The translations under genes were made by a program, and so were the position numbers. Source: Candidatus Poribacteria bacterium (GTDB lineage Bacteria; Poribacteria; WGA-4E; WGA-3G). Taken from it: 64,000 bases of DNA. Position 1 is the first letter of the stretch. Every line of letters begins with the position of its first letter. The DNA is taken from positions 1,120,001 to 1,184,000 of the forward strand of contig OZ243938.1 in the NCBI GenBank assembly GCA_965214095.1, given 5' to 3'. Below, piece by piece: positions 60,610-64,000 of this stretch. The notes beneath the pieces were generated by a model that saw only the letters and a program-made list of their open reading frames with translations, had not been told where the DNA came from and searched no databases.

Positions 60610-61590
60610 CTAAGCATCCCGTGACACCACATAATTCGCAAGGTTTTCAAGTGCCTTACGAGCGTCAGAGCGTGGAATGTCTGTCAGTGCCGTATTAGCA
60701 CGGTCAGCATATCCTTGTGCTATCTTCAGACAGTGAGATTCAACATCATACTTTTCAAATAAAGATTCAACATAGTTGATTGCTTGGGATTCATCACTGT
60801 CAGCGTTAAGAACTTTTTCAAGCATCTGCTTTTCACCATCATCACAGACTTTTCTTGTATATATAATAGGAAAGGTTAACTTTCCTTCACGGAGATCACC
60901 GTAAGCATTTTTTCCTAATTTCTCAGGTGCCTCTACGAAATCAAGGAGGTCATCTACGATTTGGAAGGCTGTTCCAATCTGTTGACCATACTTTGTAATT
61001 GCGTCAATCTGTTGCTTATTCTTTGTTCCAAGATGTGCACCCAGTGTACAAGAAGCAGCGATCAACTTCCCAGTTTTGAAACTAATGATTTTTAGATATT
61101 CTTCCTCAGATATGTCAAAATCACCACTCTTGTATGCATGAATTACTTCACCTTCACACATTGCTTGTGTTGTATCTGCGAGGATTTCCATTGCAGGATC
61201 ATCCGATTTTCGCGAGACAAGCATTGAAAGGACACGTGCATGCAGATAATCCCCTACAAGAACTGCTACTTTATTTCCCCACTTTGTCTGTAGTGTTTCG
61301 CGTCCACGACGGATTGCTGCTTCATCAAGAACATCGTCATGCACAAGTGAGGCAACATGAATAAGTTCAACAACAGCAGCAAGTGTATGCGCATCGCTTC
61401 CAACATACCCACATGCTCGTGCAGAAAGTAAAACGAGTATCGGACGTAGCCGTTTTCCGCCACCCTCAACTACATGTTGAACCGCCATATCAACAAAACT
61501 GTATTCACTCGCCGTGTTCTCAGTCAAAATAGACTCAACAGCACTCAGATCATCGGAAATCAGATTAACGACTTGATCAAAACTTGACAT
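60610..61590 (-). CDS. Long-chain polyprenyl diphosphate synthase (IspB/HepT-like)
   Basis: GGKRLRP, VHDDVLD..IRRG, KTG, FQIVDDLLD. Confidence 0.92.
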   Translation of the reverse strand: MSSFDQVVNLISDDLSAVESILTENTASEYSFVDMAVQHVVEGGGKRLRPILVLLSARACGYVGSDAHTLAAVVELIHVASLVHDDVLDEAAIRRGRETLQTKWGNKVAVLVGDYLHARVLSMLVSRKSDDPAMEILADTTQAMCEGEVIHAYKSGDFDISEEEYLKIISFKTGKLIAASCTLGAHLGTKNKQQIDAITKYGQQIGTAFQIVDDLLDFVEAPEKLGKNAYGDLREGKLTFPIIYTRKVCDDGEKQMLEKVLNADSDESQAINYVESLFEKYDVESHCLKIAQGYADRANTALTDIPRSDARKALENLANYVVSRDA

Positions 61591-61599
61591 TCAATTCCT

Positions 61600-62886
61600 T
61601 TACTTTAGTTTCGCTAATACCTCAGATGCGACTTGTATGGTTTTATCTATATCTTCTTCAGAGTGGACTAACGAAACAAATCCCGCTTCAAATTGTGACG
61701 GAGCGACATATACGCCACGTTCAAGAAGACCCCAGAAATACTCACGAAAACGATCTGTATCAGCGGTGCGTGCACCATCCGCATCCGTTACAGTTTCTGA
61801 TGTAAAATAGAGCATCAACATAGATCCTACGCGGCTGTGCCATGCATCAATTCCGTGTCTTTTAGTCGCATCGGCAAGTCCATTCGCCAGAACTGTAGCA
61901 CATTTTTCAAGTCTATCATATATTCCAGGTTTCGCAAGTTCCTTTAGAGTCGTTAAACCCGCAGTTACTGCTAACGGATTTCCAGATAAAGTTCCTGCCT
62001 GATAAACATCTCCTTCTGGTGCAACACATTTCATAATCTCTCGTTTGCCACCATAAGCACCGACTGGCAATCCACCACCGATGATTTTTCCGAGACAAGT
62101 CATATCTGGCGTAACATTATACAATGACTGTGCTCCGCCATACGCTACGCGGAAACCGGTTATCACCTCGTCAAAGATTAGCACGATACCGTGCTGTTCA
62201 GTAATCTCACGTATTTCATTGAGATATCCATCACGCGGCGGTATGATACCCATGTTTCCCATGATCGGTTCAAGGATGAGACACGCTATTTCATCTGGAT
62301 TTGCCTCAACGGTAGTCTTCAATGCTTTAGCATCGTTGAATGGTATCGTTAATGTATTTCGGGCAAAATCTTCAGGCACACCGCCACTGTCCGAAAGACC
62401 GAATGTGGCAATACCTGAACCAGCCTTTGCTAATAGATAGTCCACATGTCCGTGATAACACCCGTCAATCTTTAGGATTTTGCTGCGTCCTGTATATCCG
62501 CGTGCAACACGAATAGCACTCATTGTCGCTTCTGTTCCGGAATTGACAAGTCGGACCTTCTCAATAGATGGAACGGCATCCACAATGATTTCAGCAAGTT
62601 CGGTCTCTAAAGTTGTCGGTGCACCGAAACTTGTTCCACGCGCTGCCGCATGACTAACTGCTTCTACAATAGATGGATGTGCATGTCCTAATATGAGTGG
62701 TCCCCAAGAGGCTACGTAATCTATGTATTCGTTGCCATCAATGTCGTAAATCTTGCATCCGTTTCCACGTTCAATAAAGCGGGGATGTTCACCCACCTTG
62801 CCGAAGTTACGGACAGGACTGTTGACACCACCCGGGATAAATTGTTGCGAATTCTTCCAAGCTGATAACGATTTGTTACTCTCCAA
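61600..62886 (-). CDS. hemL: Glutamate-1-semialdehyde 2,1-aminomutase
   Basis: [46 protein letters not shown]. Confidence 0.97.
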   Translation of the reverse strand: MESNKSLSAWKNSQQFIPGGVNSPVRNFGKVGEHPRFIERGNGCKIYDIDGNEYIDYVASWGPLILGHAHPSIVEAVSHAAARGTSFGAPTTLETELAEIIVDAVPSIEKVRLVNSGTEATMSAIRVARGYTGRSKILKIDGCYHGHVDYLLAKAGSGIATFGLSDSGGVPEDFARNTLTIPFNDAKALKTTVEANPDEIACLILEPIMGNMGIIPPRDGYLNEIREITEQHGIVLIFDEVITGFRVAYGGAQSLYNVTPDMTCLGKIIGGGLPVGAYGGKREIMKCVAPEGDVYQAGTLSGNPLAVTAGLTTLKELAKPGIYDRLEKCATVLANGLADATKRHGIDAWHSRVGSMLMLYFTSETVTDADGARTADTDRFREYFWGLLERGVYVAPSQFEAGFVSLVHSEEDIDKTIQVASEVLAKLK

Positions 62887-62956
62887 TTCATTCCTCCAAA
62901 TAAGTTAATATCATACCAAATTAAAATAATAAATATTGTCTTCTGATTCTACTATT

Positions 62957-63934
62957 CTATTGATCAAGCCATTCTACAACAGACTTTGCGAAGTAAGTTA
63001 AAATCATGTCTGCACCAGCGCGTTTGATACTCGTTAATAACTCCAGAGCTACACGTTTCTCATCTATCCAACCGTTTTGTGCTGCAGCCTTCACCATAGC
63101 ATATTCACCACTAACGTTATAAGCTGCAACTGGCATCTGAAATTCCGATTTCACTTGATGGATAACATCAAGATAAGAAAGTGCTGGCTTTACCATAACA
63201 ATATCCGCACCCTCCTCAATATCCAAGGCAACTTCACGTAATGCTTCTTCAGCATTTGCTGGATCCATCTGATAAGAGCGACGGTCTCCAAATTGCGGTG
63301 CAGATTCTGCTGCCTCGCGAAAAGGCCCGTAAAATGCTGAAGCGTATTTTGCAGAATACGCCATAATCGGTATGTGATCATACCCTTCTTCATCCAAAGC
63401 GTACCGTATTGCACCCACACGTCCATCCATCATATCAGATGGCGCGATGACATCTGCACCAGCATGTGCATGGGATATACTCTCTTTGACAAGCAGGTCA
63501 AGCGTTGGATCATTCTGCACTTCACCATTTTCTATGATACCACAATGTCCGTGGTCTGTATACTCACACAGACACACATCTGTAATTACAAGTAGATCAG
63601 GAACTGCATCTTTAATCGCACGAACTGCTTGTTGTATGATTCCATCTTCTGCATAAGCTTCAGACCCATGCGAATCTTTGGATTCAGGAATTCCAAATAG
63701 TATCGTTGCAGGAATCCCAAGGGATGCAATTTCCTTTGCAGCATCCACAAGTTTATCTACGGAGTATTGATAGCATCCCGGCATAGATGATATTTCTATT
63801 GCCGTATTCTCCCCATGAACAACAAACATCGGATAAATCAGATCATCTACCGATAGATGTGTTTCACGCACAAGACGGCGAATGTTCTCATTTGCACGAA
63901 GTCGTCTTGGACGATAGATAGGAAAAACGCTCAT
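62957..63934 (-). CDS. hemB: Porphobilinogen synthase (Zn-type)
   Basis: [43 protein letters not shown]. Confidence 0.98.
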   Translation of the reverse strand: MSVFPIYRPRRLRANENIRRLVRETHLSVDDLIYPMFVVHGENTAIEISSMPGCYQYSVDKLVDAAKEIASLGIPATILFGIPESKDSHGSEAYAEDGIIQQAVRAIKDAVPDLLVITDVCLCEYTDHGHCGIIENGEVQNDPTLDLLVKESISHAHAGADVIAPSDMMDGRVGAIRYALDEEGYDHIPIMAYSAKYASAFYGPFREAAESAPQFGDRRSYQMDPANAEEALREVALDIEEGADIVMVKPALSYLDVIHQVKSEFQMPVAAYNVSGEYAMVKAAAQNGWIDEKRVALELLTSIKRAGADMILTYFAKSVVEWLDQ

Positions 63935-64000
63935 TCAGTCTCCGATGCATCCGATTTAATTTCATGCTTTTTCAACTCAAATGTTCTTACTTCTGTAGTG
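63931..64000 (-). CDS. 3' end of an upstream gene truncated by the window edge
   Basis: Open frame ...[22 protein letters not shown] whose TGA overlaps the hemB ATG (ATGA). Confidence 0.4.
   Translation of the reverse strand, partial: TTEVRTFELKKHEIKSDASETE

Noticed and set aside
657-63656. Numerous short antisense or overlapping ORFs in the track (e.g. 9389-9877, 25252-25899, 33346-33777)
   Set aside because: They are shadows of well-supported genes and have no recognisable motifs.
1-64000. CRISPR arrays, tRNA/rRNA genes, transposases, integrases
   Set aside because: No regularly spaced repeats, cloverleafs or matching ORFs seen by eye; a small RNA could have been missed.

Overview
Dense, AT-rich bacterial chromosomal window. 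The gene repertoire (ECF sigma-TM-WD40 fusion, internalin-like LRR lipoprotein, FGE-sulfatase and AAA/PD-(D/E)XK paralogs, many GTAG-type palindromic repeats) suggests Candidatus Poribacteria; this is an inference, not a database result. Core genes: trpB, trmJ-like, aspS, der, larB, alaS, recX and a tetrapyrrole cluster (hemB-hemL-polyprenyl synthase-sirC-ccsA/hemX-hemA-hemC-cobA/hemD). There is also a TonB-dependent receptor/lipoprotein/TonB cluster, a multiheme cytochrome-TPR protein and defence-type genes (Fic, AAA-nuclease, GmrSD-like with a 3' frameshift). I saw no rRNA, tRNA, CRISPR array or transposase. Main observations: (1) several miniature-element families with a two-layer design, an outer TIR shell around GTAG-led REP hairpins; (2) a 2.8 kb transposase-less segment with perfect 20-bp TIRs carrying an S55 peptidase; (3) 'hollowed-out' pseudogenes that appear to keep both gene ends; (4) a ~76-aa domain inserted in the AspRS anticodon-binding loop, next to two transporters with large insertions; (5) an internally duplicated SirC with a Cys-rich tail. 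All calls come from reading the sequence and recognising motifs; no searches were run.
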